NCBI RefSeq assembly: GCF_963921235.1
Contig: NC_086097.1
Span: forward strand, 96,102,001-96,166,000
Source of the DNA: Mobula hypostoma
Taxonomy: Eukaryota
Direction: 5' to 3'
DNA: 64,000 nt
The notes beneath the pieces were generated by a model. That model saw nothing but the letters and a program-made list of their open reading frames with translations. It ran no database searches and was not told the origin of the DNA. This document shows, piece by piece, positions 1-10,227 of the stretch. Positions within the stretch are counted from its first letter, which is position 1, and each line of letters begins with the position of its first letter. Position numbers and translations under genes: made by a program.

Positions 1-136
1 GAGCGAGGTCCTCGATGAATACTTCTCTTCGGTATTCACCAATGAGAGGGAACTTGATGACGGTGAGGACAATATGAGTGAGGTTGATGTTCTGGAGCAT
101 GTTGATATTAAGGGAGAGGAGGTGTTGGAGTTGTTA

Positions 137-512
137 CTTGTTACATACACCTGTTAGGGTGCATTCTCCAGTTACCTTATAAGGTAACCGTAGCCTTCAG
201 CCAGGAGCAGATGTCATCAGGTGGTTCCCAACCTTCACTGAGTGTTTCGACCCTTAACCACGACACTCTCCAGTTGGTGGGCTGGCAGTGGTGGCCAAAT
301 CACTGCCCATCTGCTCCTGGCTTCCAGCTCCCCTCCTCTCGCCTACTCCAAATCCAACAAGAAGCTCGTTCTGCCTCTTCCCCCATCCTACGAGCTGCTT
401 GTTTTTTGCTCCTTTCGTCCAGGCCCAGATCTGACAATAACCGCCATGCTGGTTTGGCTGGGAAACCTCCGCAGCTGATCTCCACAGGGAACAACCATGC
501 CTGCAATAAGAC
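137..512 (-). mobile_element. 3' end of a Hero-like RLE non-LTR retrotransposon (family A)
   Basis: Minus-strand ORF ends AWLFPVEISCGGFPAKPAWRLLSDLGL..MGEEAERASCWIWSRR, the C-terminus of Hero/R2-superfamily proteins, followed by a structured 3' UTR. It splits the CR1 reading frame EEVLELL|DKSPG. Confidence 0.8.
199..322 (-). ncRNA. Candidate non-circularly permuted hammerhead ribozyme in the Hero-A 3' UTR
   Basis: CTGATGA (220-214), GAAA (248-245) and GTC (264-262), with stem I gtggtt/aaccac, stem III gagtgt/acactc and a 15-bp closing helix. Same architecture as 13409-13527. Confidence 0.65.
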
Positions 513-2185
513 GATAAGTCCCGGGGCCTGACGGAATATTCCCCAGGCTGCTCCACGAGGCAAGGGAAGCGATTGCTGAGCTTTCTGGCTAGGATCTTTA
601 TGTCCTCGTCATCCATGGGAATGGTACCGGAGGATTGGAGGGAGGCGAATGTTGCCCCCTTGTTCAAAAAAGTTAGTAGGGATAGTCCGGGTAATTATAG
701 ACCAGTGAGCCTCATCTGTGGTGGGAAAGCTGTTGGAAAATATTCTTAGAGATAGGATCTCTGGGCATTTAGAGAATCATGGTCTGATCAGGGACAGTCA
801 GCATGGCTTTGTGAAGAGCAGATCATGTCTAACAAGCCTGATAGAGTTCTTTGAGGAGGTGACCAGGCATATAGATGAGGGTAGTGCAGTGGATGTGATC
901 TATATGGATTTTAGTAAGGCATTTGAGAAGATTCCACATGGTAGGCTTATTCAGAAAGTCAGAAGGCATGGGATCCAGGGAAGTTTGGCCAGGTGGATTC
1001 AGAATTGGCTTGCCTGCAGAAGGCAGAGGGTTATGGTGGAAGGAGTACATTCAGATTGGAGGGTTGTGACTAGTGGTGTCCCACAAGGATCTGTTCTGGA
1101 ACCTCTACTTTTCGTGATTTATATTAATGACCCGGATGTGGGGGTAGAAGGGTGGGTTGGCAAGTTTGCAGACGACACAAAGGTTGGAGGTGTTGTAGAT
1201 AATGTAGAGGATTGTCGAAGATTGCAGAGAGACATTGATAGGTTGCAGAAGTGGGCTGAGAAGTGGCAGATGGAGTTCAACCGGGAGAAGTATGAGGTGG
1301 TACACTTTGGAAGGACAAACTCCAAGGCAGAGTACAAAGTAAATGGCAGGATACTTGGTAGTGTGGAGGAGCAGAGGGATCTGGGGGTACATGTCCACAG
1401 ATCCCTGAAAGTTGCCTCACAGGTAGATAGGGTAGTTAAGAATGCTTATGGGGTGTTGGCTTTCATAAGTCGAGGGACAGAGTTTAAGAGTCGCAATGCA
1501 GCTCTGTAAAACTCTGGTTAGGCCACACTTGGAGTACTGTGTCCAGTTCTGGTCGCCTCACTATAGGAAAGGATGTGGAAGCATTGGAAAGGGTACAGAG
1601 GAGATTTACCAGGATGCTGCCTGGTTTAGAGAGTATGCATTACGATCAGAGATTAAGGGAGCTAGGGCTTTACTCTTTAGAGAGAAGAAGGATGAGAGGA
1701 GACATGATAGAGGTGTACAAGATATTAAGAGGAATAGATAGAGTGGACAGCCAGCGCCTCTTCCCCAGGGCACTGCTGCTCAATACAAGAGGACATGGCT
1801 TTAAGGTAAGGGGTGGGAAGTTCAAGGGGGATATTAGAGGAAGAATTTTTACTCAGAGAGTGGTTGGTGCGTGGAATGCACTGCCTGAGTCAGTGGTGGA
1901 GGCAGATACACTCGTGAAGTTTAAGAGACTACTAGACAGGTATATGGAGGAATTTAAGATGGGGGGGTATATGGGAGGCAGGGTTTGAGGGTCAGCACAA
2001 CATTGTGGGCCAAAGGGCCTGTAATGTGCTGTACTATTCTATGTTCTATAGTCAATTAATCTTAACATTCTACCTGATTTGAAGAGGTTGGGCAGTCTTA
2101 GATTTTATTCCTTGAGTATAGAAGGGTGACAATAACAACAGTTAAAAGATATTTGCACAGTTACATGGAAAGGAAAGGTTTAGAC

Positions 2186-2265
2186 CAGGGGTTCCAAACT
2201 GTTCTTATGCCATGGACCAGTACCAGTAAGCAAGGGGTCCATGTACCCCAGGTTGGGAAGCCATG
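2186..2265. mobile_element. 80-bp hAT (Charlie-type) MITE
   Basis: Imperfect TIRs caggggttccaaac / gttgggaagccatg. The flanking 8-mers gtttagac / gtttaaag (6/8 match) fit a decayed 8-bp TSD. Confidence 0.7.
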
Positions 2266-2319
2266 GTTTAAAGGTATGTGGGCAAATGAGACTGGGTAGA
2301 TGGGCATCTAGTCTGTATG

Positions 2320-2512
2320 ACAAGAGAGACCGCAGATGCTAGAAATCTGGAGCAGCACATTCAAAGTACTGGAGGAACTCAGCAAGTCAGGCAGTATCTG
2401 AAGGAACAAGCAGTTGACATTTCAAACCGAGACCTTTCATCAGGACTTCATAAACAGGATGAAGGGTCTCATCCTGATACGTTAATGGTTCATTTCCCTC
2501 CGTTGATGCTGT
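2320..2512. mobile_element. Inverted pair of decayed Penelope terminal-repeat (pLTR) fragments
   Basis: Minus-strand copy (gcagatgctagaaat..gagacctttcatcaggact) followed by a plus-strand copy (gatgaagggtctc..gatgctg), both similar to the repeat at 5393 and 31825. Confidence 0.7.
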
Positions 2513-3194
2513 TTTATATGAATGAGCTGGACCATTGGCCCTGATTTCTGTGCTGTATTACTCTAGATACTGTAACTAAATGCAGTTCAAATAGTAACTG
2601 TTCTTTACTCTTAACTTTTCAATCAGTTCTTATTCAAGATCAACAGAGCATCAATATTGAATGTACATTGCATCTTCAATAGAGTGGATGAATTAACAGA
2701 TAGTAGATGTTGTGATCTAATTGCCATTATAGAAGTATAGCTGCAGGGTGATTGAAGCTGGAAACTAAACATTTGAGTCATTAAGCACAGAAATGGGCTC
2801 TTTGGATCACTGAGTTGACGTTGACTTACATGCCCCCTTGCATTAGTCTTCTACTAATCCTATTTTATCCTCCAAACATACCCATCAACTTCCTTTTGAT
2901 TTCACGATTCAACTCCACACCAGGAGCATCTTACATTGTAGCCCACCTATCTTTGGGATGTGTGAGAAAATGGGAGTCTTTCAGAGGAAACCATTTATTT
3001 GCAATAAAAACCTTATCCCGACCTCCAGAACTGAGATGTTATCTCTGCTGCTGTATCATGATGCCGAGAAGGATATTTAACGACGGAGGGGGGGAAATTT
3101 GTTAATAAGGGATTATGTCAGTACAGTAGTTAGAAAGAATTTTGGCGCATTAGATTGTGGCATAGAACTAGAATTTGTTGAGTAGAATAAATGC

Positions 3195-3650
3195 CAGGAG
3201 TATTGGAGTTTGAAGAGACTTGGTATGTCACCAAAGATTCGAGCTAATTTCTGCAGATGTACCACGGAGAGCATTCTGACCCCTTGCATTACTGTTGGTA
3301 TGGAGGCTCCAATGCACACGATCAAACAAAGCTGGAGAGGTTTTTAGACACAGCCAGCAATACTTTAGAACCCTCCTCACCATCAAAGACATCTTCAGAA
3401 GGCAGTAGCCATCATTAAGATCCCTCATCCAGTTCTGGAGTCTGAGACCCTCACCAAAACTTAGGTACAGCTTCATCCCCTCTGCCATCACATTTCTGAG
3501 TGGTCCAGGAACACTGCTCCGCCATTCCTGTTTTGCAGTAATTATCTTCATTGCAACATATAATAAATCGATATGCCTGCACTGTACTACTGCCACAAAA
3601 CAACAATTTCACGACTTCTGTCAGTGATAATGAATTTGATTCTGATTCCA
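3195..3650 (+). mobile_element. Rex1/Babar-type LINE 3' fragment
   Basis: Similar to 62900-63268 (ttggtatgtcaccaaag..gagag..ctg..tgcat..ggtatgg); ends in a gattctgattc tail. Confidence 0.75.
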
Positions 3651-3741
3651 TAAGACTGAACTGTCTGAACTTTAATTTGACAGTGTTTTTTCTATCACCG
3701 TCTTCTGTCTATTTGTTATAACTGAACGGGTGATACAGTGG

Positions 3742-3860
3742 AACAAGGGTCTCAACCCAAAACATCGACTGTTTATGCTTTTCCATAGATGCTGTCTACC
3801 CTGCTGAGTTCCTCCAGCATTTTGTGTGTGTTGCTTTGGATTTCCAGCACCTGTAGACCT
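3742..3860 (+). mobile_element. Short Penelope pLTR fragment with 12-bp TSD
   Basis: Flanked by gtgatacagtgg at 3730-3741 and 3861-3872; the body matches the pLTR family. Confidence 0.8.
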
Positions 3861-4127
3861 GTGATACAGTGGGCTGCTTCTACGTCGTAATTCGTTGAGA
3901 AGTAGTGATGGCCAGAGAACATTGTATCCAATAAGTGGAACAGAGTGAAACTTAAATTTTGAAATCAGTGAAGTTGTACTGACCTATTTTGAACAACTGT
4001 GTATGTATCCACATTGCCATCATTTAAAAAAAAATACAAGGTGCATCTTTACACAATTGGAAAAACCAAGTTACCCAGTTTTTAAGGGTAAATTTATTCT
4101 AGCCTAACATTTTGCAGGAGGGAGGAA

Positions 4128-4245
4128 TAGCTGGTGCAGCTCATCGAGCTGATGCTTCACAGATGGAGCAACCTGGGTTCAATATTTATCTATGGTGCTG
4201 TCTGCATAGACTTTGCGCTTTCTTCCAGTGTGTTTCCTGCAAGTT
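4128..4245 (+). mobile_element. tRNA-derived V-SINE 5' half (3' half at about 6520-6660, split by CR1)
   Basis: B-box-like ctgggttcaatat followed by the V-domain-like gctgtctgcatagactttgc..gtgtttcct. It resumes after the CR1 with aggttaataggctaattagccatcgtaaattg. Confidence 0.55.
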
Positions 4246-5392
4246 AATTATAGAATTATAGAAATTTGCAGCACATTACAGGCCCTTCAGCCCTCATTGT
4301 TGTACTAACCATGTAACCTACTTTAGAAACTGCCTAGAATTACCTTATTGCATAGCCTCTACCACTGTCACTGGCAATGCATTCCACACACCCACCACTC
4401 TCGGTGTGGGGAAAGGAAACTTACCTCTGACATCCCCCTTATACCTATGCACTTCCCACAGTAGCCTGGGGTATATCTCATCCAGTCCTGGCAACTTATC
4501 TAATTTAGTATCTTTCAAAAGCTCTAGCACATCCTCTTTCTTAATGTCTATACACTCAAGCGTTTCAGTCTACCACAAGTCATCCCCACGATTGTCAATG
4601 TTCTTTTCACTGGTGAATACTAAAGTAAAGTATTCATTAAGTACTTCCACTACTTCCTCCAGCTCCATACACATTTCCACAATTGCACCTGATTGGTCCT
4701 ATTCTCACATGGCTCATCCCCTTGGTCTTCACATACTTGCCTTAGGGTTTTCCTTAATCCTGCTCGCCAAGGCCTTCTCATGGCCCCTTCTAGCTTTCCT
4801 AATTTCATTCTTGAGCTCCTTCCTGGCACCCTTATAATTTTCTAGAGCTCTAACAGTACCTAGTTTCTTGAACCTTTCATAAGCTTTTCTTTTTCTTCTT
4901 AACTAGATTTTCTATATTCTTTGTACAACATGGTTCTTTTCCCTTACCATCCTTTCCCTGCCTCAATGGAATATACCTATGTAGAACACCATGCAAATGT
5001 TCCCTGAACATTTGCCACATTTCTGCTATGCATTTTGCTGAAAACATGTTCCCAAGTTCCTGCCTAATAGCATCATATTTCCCCCTACCCCAATTAAATG
5101 TTTTCCCGAATTGTCTGCTCTTATCCCTCTCCAGCACTATGGTAAAGGAAATAAGAGTTGTGATCACTACCTCCAAAGTGTTCTCCCAACGAGAGATCTG
5201 ACACCTGACCAGGTTCATTTCCGAGTACCAGATCAAGTACAGTCTCTCCTCTAGTTGGGTTATCTACATATTGCATCAGGGAACCTTCTCAAACGCACCT
5301 AACAAACTCCACCCCATCTAATCCCCTTGCTGTAAGATGTCAGTCAATATTAGGAAAGTCAAAATCACCCATCAGAACAACCCTATTATTAT

Positions 5393-5529
5393 CACAAACA
5401 ACAGGAATTCTGCAGATGCTGGAAATTCAAGCAACACACATCAAAGTTGCTGGTGAACGCAGCAGGCCAGGCAGCATCTATAGGAAGAGGCGCAGTCGAC
5501 GTTTCAGGCCGAGACCCTTCGTCAGGACT
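5393..5529 (-). mobile_element. Penelope pLTR fragment with 14-bp TSD and intact minimal hammerhead
   Basis: aaccctattattat is duplicated at 5379-5392 and 5530-5543. Near-identical to 31882-32016. Confidence 0.9.
5494..5529 (-). ncRNA. Minimal type I hammerhead ribozyme (PLE type)
   Basis: Minus strand reads agtc-CTGACGA-agg-gtctcgg-cct-GAAA-cGTC-gact: stem I agtc/gact, stem II agg/cct, palindromic ACGT in place of stem III. Confidence 0.85.
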
Positions 5530-5690
5530 AACCCTATTATTATTGTACCATTCCAGAATCTCAACGCTCTTAAGTTCATCTGCCTTGTTTATGCTACTTC
5601 TTGCATCAAAATAGACACATCTCAAACCATCTGGCTGAGTGCATCTTTGCTCTATCACCTGCTTATCCTTCCTCACAAAATCCCTACAAG

Positions 5691-6269
5691 TGTCGTGGTT
5701 TCTCGTTTCTCACAAACGACAAGGAGATGCAGAGATCTCGTCAAGACGTTTTAAACTTTAATTTGCAAATCAAAGCTGAGACAATCAGAAAGCTAGTAGC
5801 TGACTGCCCATCGAGGCTTGTATACAACATTTTTTATAGCAATTTCCTATCTTAGCTACATTATCATATCCAGTCGGCCTGTGATTACATATCATCAATA
5901 TATCCGCTCTCGACTTTCCACTATTGTTTTACTCCCCAACTTAATTATGTCCTAGTTTACATTTTAGACCAGGTGTCCTCTCATCCCTAACCACAGTTAT
6001 TTCTTAATTAGTCTTGTGTTGACATACTGCCACATATTTCATCACCTTACTTGCCACCGTTATCTTTCTACTTGGTTTCATTCTAGTTCTCTTCATGAAT
6101 TAATAGTGATTAGGTCAAAAGTCATGGCTACATAGTGAATACCCTCTATTCAGCTAGCAGTGGTTACATAGTAAATGTAGAAAATACAATGTGTGCATTT
6201 GAGTAAATACTGTTGAGTAAATACTGTAATACCTAGAAAATACAATGTATGCATTTACATTTTCCAATA
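5691..6269 (-). mobile_element. Probable solo LTR
   Basis: About 580-bp insertion in CR1, flanked by (ta)caag direct repeats. Minus strand shows TATAAAA (5838-5832), ATTAAA (5762-5757) and a CA end; the 5' end reads TA rather than TG. Confidence 0.6.
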
Positions 6270-7394
6270 CAAGCTGTCTCTACTTGTGCACCAAATGCCC
6301 CATCCTCTGCCTTTTCACTTCAGTTCCCACCTCCCTTCAAATCTAGTTTAAACCCTCCCTCCCAGTTATTGGTTCCCTTCCAATTCAGGTGCAACCTGTC
6401 CCACTTGTACAGGTCACTCCTTCCCCAGTAAAGGTTCCATTGATCCAAGAACTTGAAACCCTGCCCCTACAGCATCTCCTCAGCCACTCATTCATCTGTG
6501 CTGTCTTCCTGTTTTGCTCTCACTTTTCCTTCCTTTCAAAGCCATACAGGTTAATAGGCTAATTAGCCATCGTAAATTGTTTCTTGTGTCAATGGATGGT
6601 AGAATCTGGGGTTGTTGATGAGAATATGCAAGGAATCTGAGAGGGAATGAGATTGCTCTCTGATATGGCATGGCTTCAGCTTCATGTGCAAGGCACTATA
6701 AGGTAACTGCAAAAATTGTAAAATATGACTGTTAAGTACACAAATTAAAAGTAAATTATCTAAATCCAGAATATGTTTGATGCTTAGTTTTATGCAGTTT
6801 AATTAGCATTAATTATAAAAATGTGATTAAGGCCGCAATTTTTTTGTTTGAATGGTTTTAGCAAAAGCTTGCTGAACAGTCTGAAGAGATCCATGTAATT
6901 ATAATTAGCACTTGTGTTGCTGAAAAAGACATATTTTGATACTTTTCCATAATATTTCTTAAATAATCTCACTTCTGGTCCCTGTCCTGGTCAATGTTAT
7001 GGCAAGAAGTGAATATTTTAAGGCGTGGTGGTCAATTAAGCTATAGTGTGCAATAAAATGTGTATTCTAACAAACAAAAACTATTTTATAAGATAATTCC
7101 CAAAAATGAGTATGCCTTTCATCTTTTAAACTCACTGGATATTGCCACCCCAACCATCCACCTGTCTACAGACCATTTGATGAGCATCTTGTAGAAAGTG
7201 GCAGAGTACAAAGATTTAAAAACCTGGGTGAAATGTTAAAATTGAGACGAGCACAAAATGCAATGAATGAGAATTGATGCAGATTACAACACTTAGTAAA
7301 GATTTTGAGGACTGTAACTGGTTAGCTGAATGGTTAGAAAAGTGGAAGGTAAAATTTTATACAGTGAAGTGATGACTGACAGAAAGAATAAAGA

Positions 7395-8090
7395 GCTCCT
7401 CCCTATCATTGAGCACAAGAAGCGCTTCCACAAGAAAGTGGCATCCATCGTCAAGGACCCCCATCATCTAGGCCATGTTCTCTTCTCACTACTACCATTG
7501 GGTAAAAGGTACTGGAGCCATTGGTCCCACGCCACCAGGTCCAGGAACATTTATTACCCTTCAACCATTAGGCTTCTGAACAAACATGGATAACTTCAAT
7601 CATCTCAATGCTGAACTGACTCCACAGCCTAAAGACTCACTTTCAATAATTTTACGTAGTATTTTCTTTTTTAATTATTTGCATGGTTTGTCTTATTTTG
7701 CACATTGGTTGTTTGTCAGTCTTTATTATTTAAGGTTTTTCATAACGAATCTCAAGGTAATATATGATGAGTCATAAAGCACTATAGACCATTCAGCCCA
7801 TCTAGTCCACGTTAAACTGTTATTCTGCCAAGTCCCAACAACCCACACCTGGACCATAGCCCCCTATACTTCTCCCATTCATGTGCCTGTCCAAACTTAT
7901 TTTAAATATTGCAATTGAACCTACATTCACCACTTCCACTGGCAGCTTGTTCCATGCTCGCACCACCCCATTTGAAGAAGTTCCCCCTTTAATTCCCCTT
8001 AAATATTTCACCTTGCACCCTTAGCCTATGACTTCTAGTTCGCATCTGGGTGGTATACGTACTTTGATAATAAATTTACTTTGAACTTTG
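7395..8090 (+). mobile_element. Rex1-type LINE 3' fragment, interrupted by a minus-strand CR1 3' end (about 7771-8040)
   Basis: ORF reads KKVASIVKDPHHLGHVLFSLLPLGKRY..TRSRNIYYPSTIRLLN; tail aataaatttactttgaactttg. The nested piece reads VVRAWNKLPVEVV. Confidence 0.8.
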
Positions 8091-8609
8091 ATAGCATAGA
8101 CCAAATAACAGTTTATTTCTTAACTATCCTGGTTAACTGTCCTATTAAAATCTCCTGGGGTAGCTTGATGTCACATATTATTTACTGATGTTCTGGTGAA
8201 GTTCTTTGAGACCTTTTATACTACATTGAAGACTTTATATCAATAAGGTCATAGCTGAAAGCAAAATCAAGCCATGAACTCCAATAATGGTTCTTGGTGT
8301 ATATTAGCCTAACAGTACATAAGATGATGTGTTTACTCAGTGGGTCTCCGCTGTTCGCGCTTTCATTTTTAATGTGACGGAAGCATCTGAGCATCATAGA
8401 AATGTAGTTATGTGTAATTATCCCTTGGCAAAAATAGTTCACTGAAAGTGACTATTCGATCCAGGACACACAACTATGGCAAGAGTGACTTGGTTTTTAT
8501 AAAAATGATTCCAATGTTAAATGATAATTAAACATTTTTCCCCTTTCATTGTTTTCAAATTTTGTTTTCATTGATGTTGTGATACTATGAACTCTGCTTG
8601 GTGTTTCAG

Positions 8610-8701
8610 GTGGGATAGAGACTGGTTCAATCACTGAGATGTTTGGTGAGTTTCGTACTGGAAAGACCCAGCTCTGTCATACATTGGCAGTGACATGTCA
8701 G
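8610..8701 (+). CDS. RAD51: RAD51 coding exon (human exon 5 equivalent), Walker A
   Basis: ttcag|GT GGG ATA.. encodes [31 protein letters not shown]|gtacct; 92 nt. Confidence 0.98.
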
Positions 8702-8848
8702 GTACCTAATATGTTTATTTTAATTTTAATTATTAAGTAGCTTTCTCAATTGTAAGGAGATGAAAGCTGCTGATGCTGAAGGAGCTCTTTCTGCTTTTTT
8801 TTTTTTGAAAACTTGTTGTTTTTCCCCCACTTCCTTGCTGACCTGCAG

Positions 8849-8943
8849 TTACCCATTGACCGTGGTGGTGGAGAGGGAAAAGCTATGTACATTGATACCG
8901 AAGGTACATTCCGTCCAGAACGCCTCCTTGCTGTTGCTGAAAG
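8849..8943 (+). CDS. RAD51: RAD51 coding exon (exon 6 equivalent)
   Basis: ctgcag|[31 protein letters not shown](R)|gtttgt; 95 nt. Confidence 0.98.
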
Positions 8944-9192
8944 GTTTGTATTGCAATGCAGTTATGTTATGATGAATTTATAACCAATCTATAGATTGGA
9001 TGAACATTCCAATTTAGTCTTCCATTATATTTGGCTGATCCCCCATTTCCCTTGTTAAAATAATCCCAGATCTGCTTATGCTGTGTCTTTAGTACTTTGC
9101 CTTGGGTGAATGGGGTATTTCATGACATGGGTAGCAATTTGTCTTCTGCATTTGGGCTAAATATAAATATATTAGTGATTATGACTCATGAA

Positions 9193-9785
9193 CGTGAGTG
9201 AATTCTTCAAGGACGTGACAAAACAAATTGATCAAGGTACAGTGGTGGATGTGGTGTATATGGATTTTAGTAAAGCATTTGACAAGGTTCCTCATGATAG
9301 CCTCGTCTAGAAAGTCAGGGGACATGGGTTGAGAATTAGCAGAAGGCAGAGGATGTTAGTAATGGAGCACATTCTGCCTGGAGTTTGGTGACTAGAGGTG
9401 TTCTACAACCCCTGCACATAGTGATTTTTTTTTTTTTTAAAAATTTGCATGAGGAAGTGGAAGGGTGGGTTAGTAAGTGTGCAGACGACATGAAAGTTGG
9501 TGATGTTGATCGCGCAAACGGTTATTGTAGGTTACAATGGGACACTGATAGGATGCAGAGCTAGGCTGAGAAGTAACAGTGCCATGCAATCTGGAAAAGT
9601 GAAGTGATTCACTTAGGATGGTCAAATGTAAAGGCAGAATTGAGGGTTAATGGCGTGATTCTTAGCATTGTGGAGAGCCGGGGAGATCTTGGAGTTCACA
9701 TCCATAGATCTCTCAAAGTTGCAATGCAAGTTGATACCTTGGTTAAGAACGAGTATGGTGTGTATTGCGGTATTGAGTTCAGATC
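9193..9785 (+). mobile_element. Decayed CR1 RT fragment
   Basis: gatgtggtgtatatggattttagtaaagcatttgacaagg and gcagacgacatgaaa; colinear with 840-1490. Confidence 0.85.
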
Positions 9786-10054
9786 AATAAGCTGAATTCG
9801 GTTTTCCCATTACTCAGCTGGATAAGTTTTGGGCTTAATGGAAAGTAGATGTTGGGTAATCTGACAATTTTGATGAGGAATTGATTCAGAATGATAGTAA
9901 GAGAGACTGACCCTCCTTGACAGATGAAAATATGAAGGTCCTATGTAGAGTGACAGTGAGTCTGGATCAGAATTTACCATGCTGGATTACTTTACTAAGC
10001 TAGTGATACTAGAACTGGGCAGAATAGTAAAAACAAACTTTGTAGTTGGAGAGA

Positions 10055-10227
10055 TTTAAAGGCATCCGTTAGATTTGCGAGACCATGAATCTGCGCCTGG
10101 AAAGTCTTCACTCTCCAGGGCGCAGGCCTGGGCAAGGTTGTATGGAAGACCAGCAGTTGCCCATGCTGCAAGTCTCCCCTCTCCGCGACACCAATGTTGT
10201 CCAAGGGAAGGGCATTAGGACCCATAC
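10055..10227 (-). mobile_element. 5'-truncated short retroposon with RTE-like 3' end, 11-bp TSD
   Basis: agttggagaga is duplicated at 10044-10054 and 10228-10238. The minus-strand end ggcgcagattcatggtctcgcaaatctaacggatgcc resembles RTE 3' termini (from memory). Confidence 0.6.

Larger units (their letters stand above)
1..2049 (+). mobile_element. CR1 LINE, 3' part of ORF2 (RT) plus 3' UTR, interrupted at 137-512
   Basis: ORF 718..1509 has CR1 RT motifs (QHGF..SCLT, DFSKAF, GVPQGSVL, FADDTK). ORF 1539..1988 is the CR1 C-terminus. The element ends in a ttctatg-repeat tail near 2049. Frameshifted. Confidence 0.95.
4250..6515 (-). mobile_element. Internally deleted CR1 LINE carrying two nested insertions
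   Basis: 3' tail near 4250, endonuclease and linker remnants at 4450-5690, ORF1 end at 6274-6515. Colinear with the CR1 at 53180-56740. Confidence 0.9.

Noticed and set aside
8322..8396. Possible intronic C/D snoRNA or hairpin (atgatgt ... ctga; tgatg/ctcag pairing with ctgag/catca)
   Set aside because: Box C is imperfect, there is no terminal stem outside the boxes, and I recognise no rRNA-complementary guide. A snoscan or Rfam hit would be needed.
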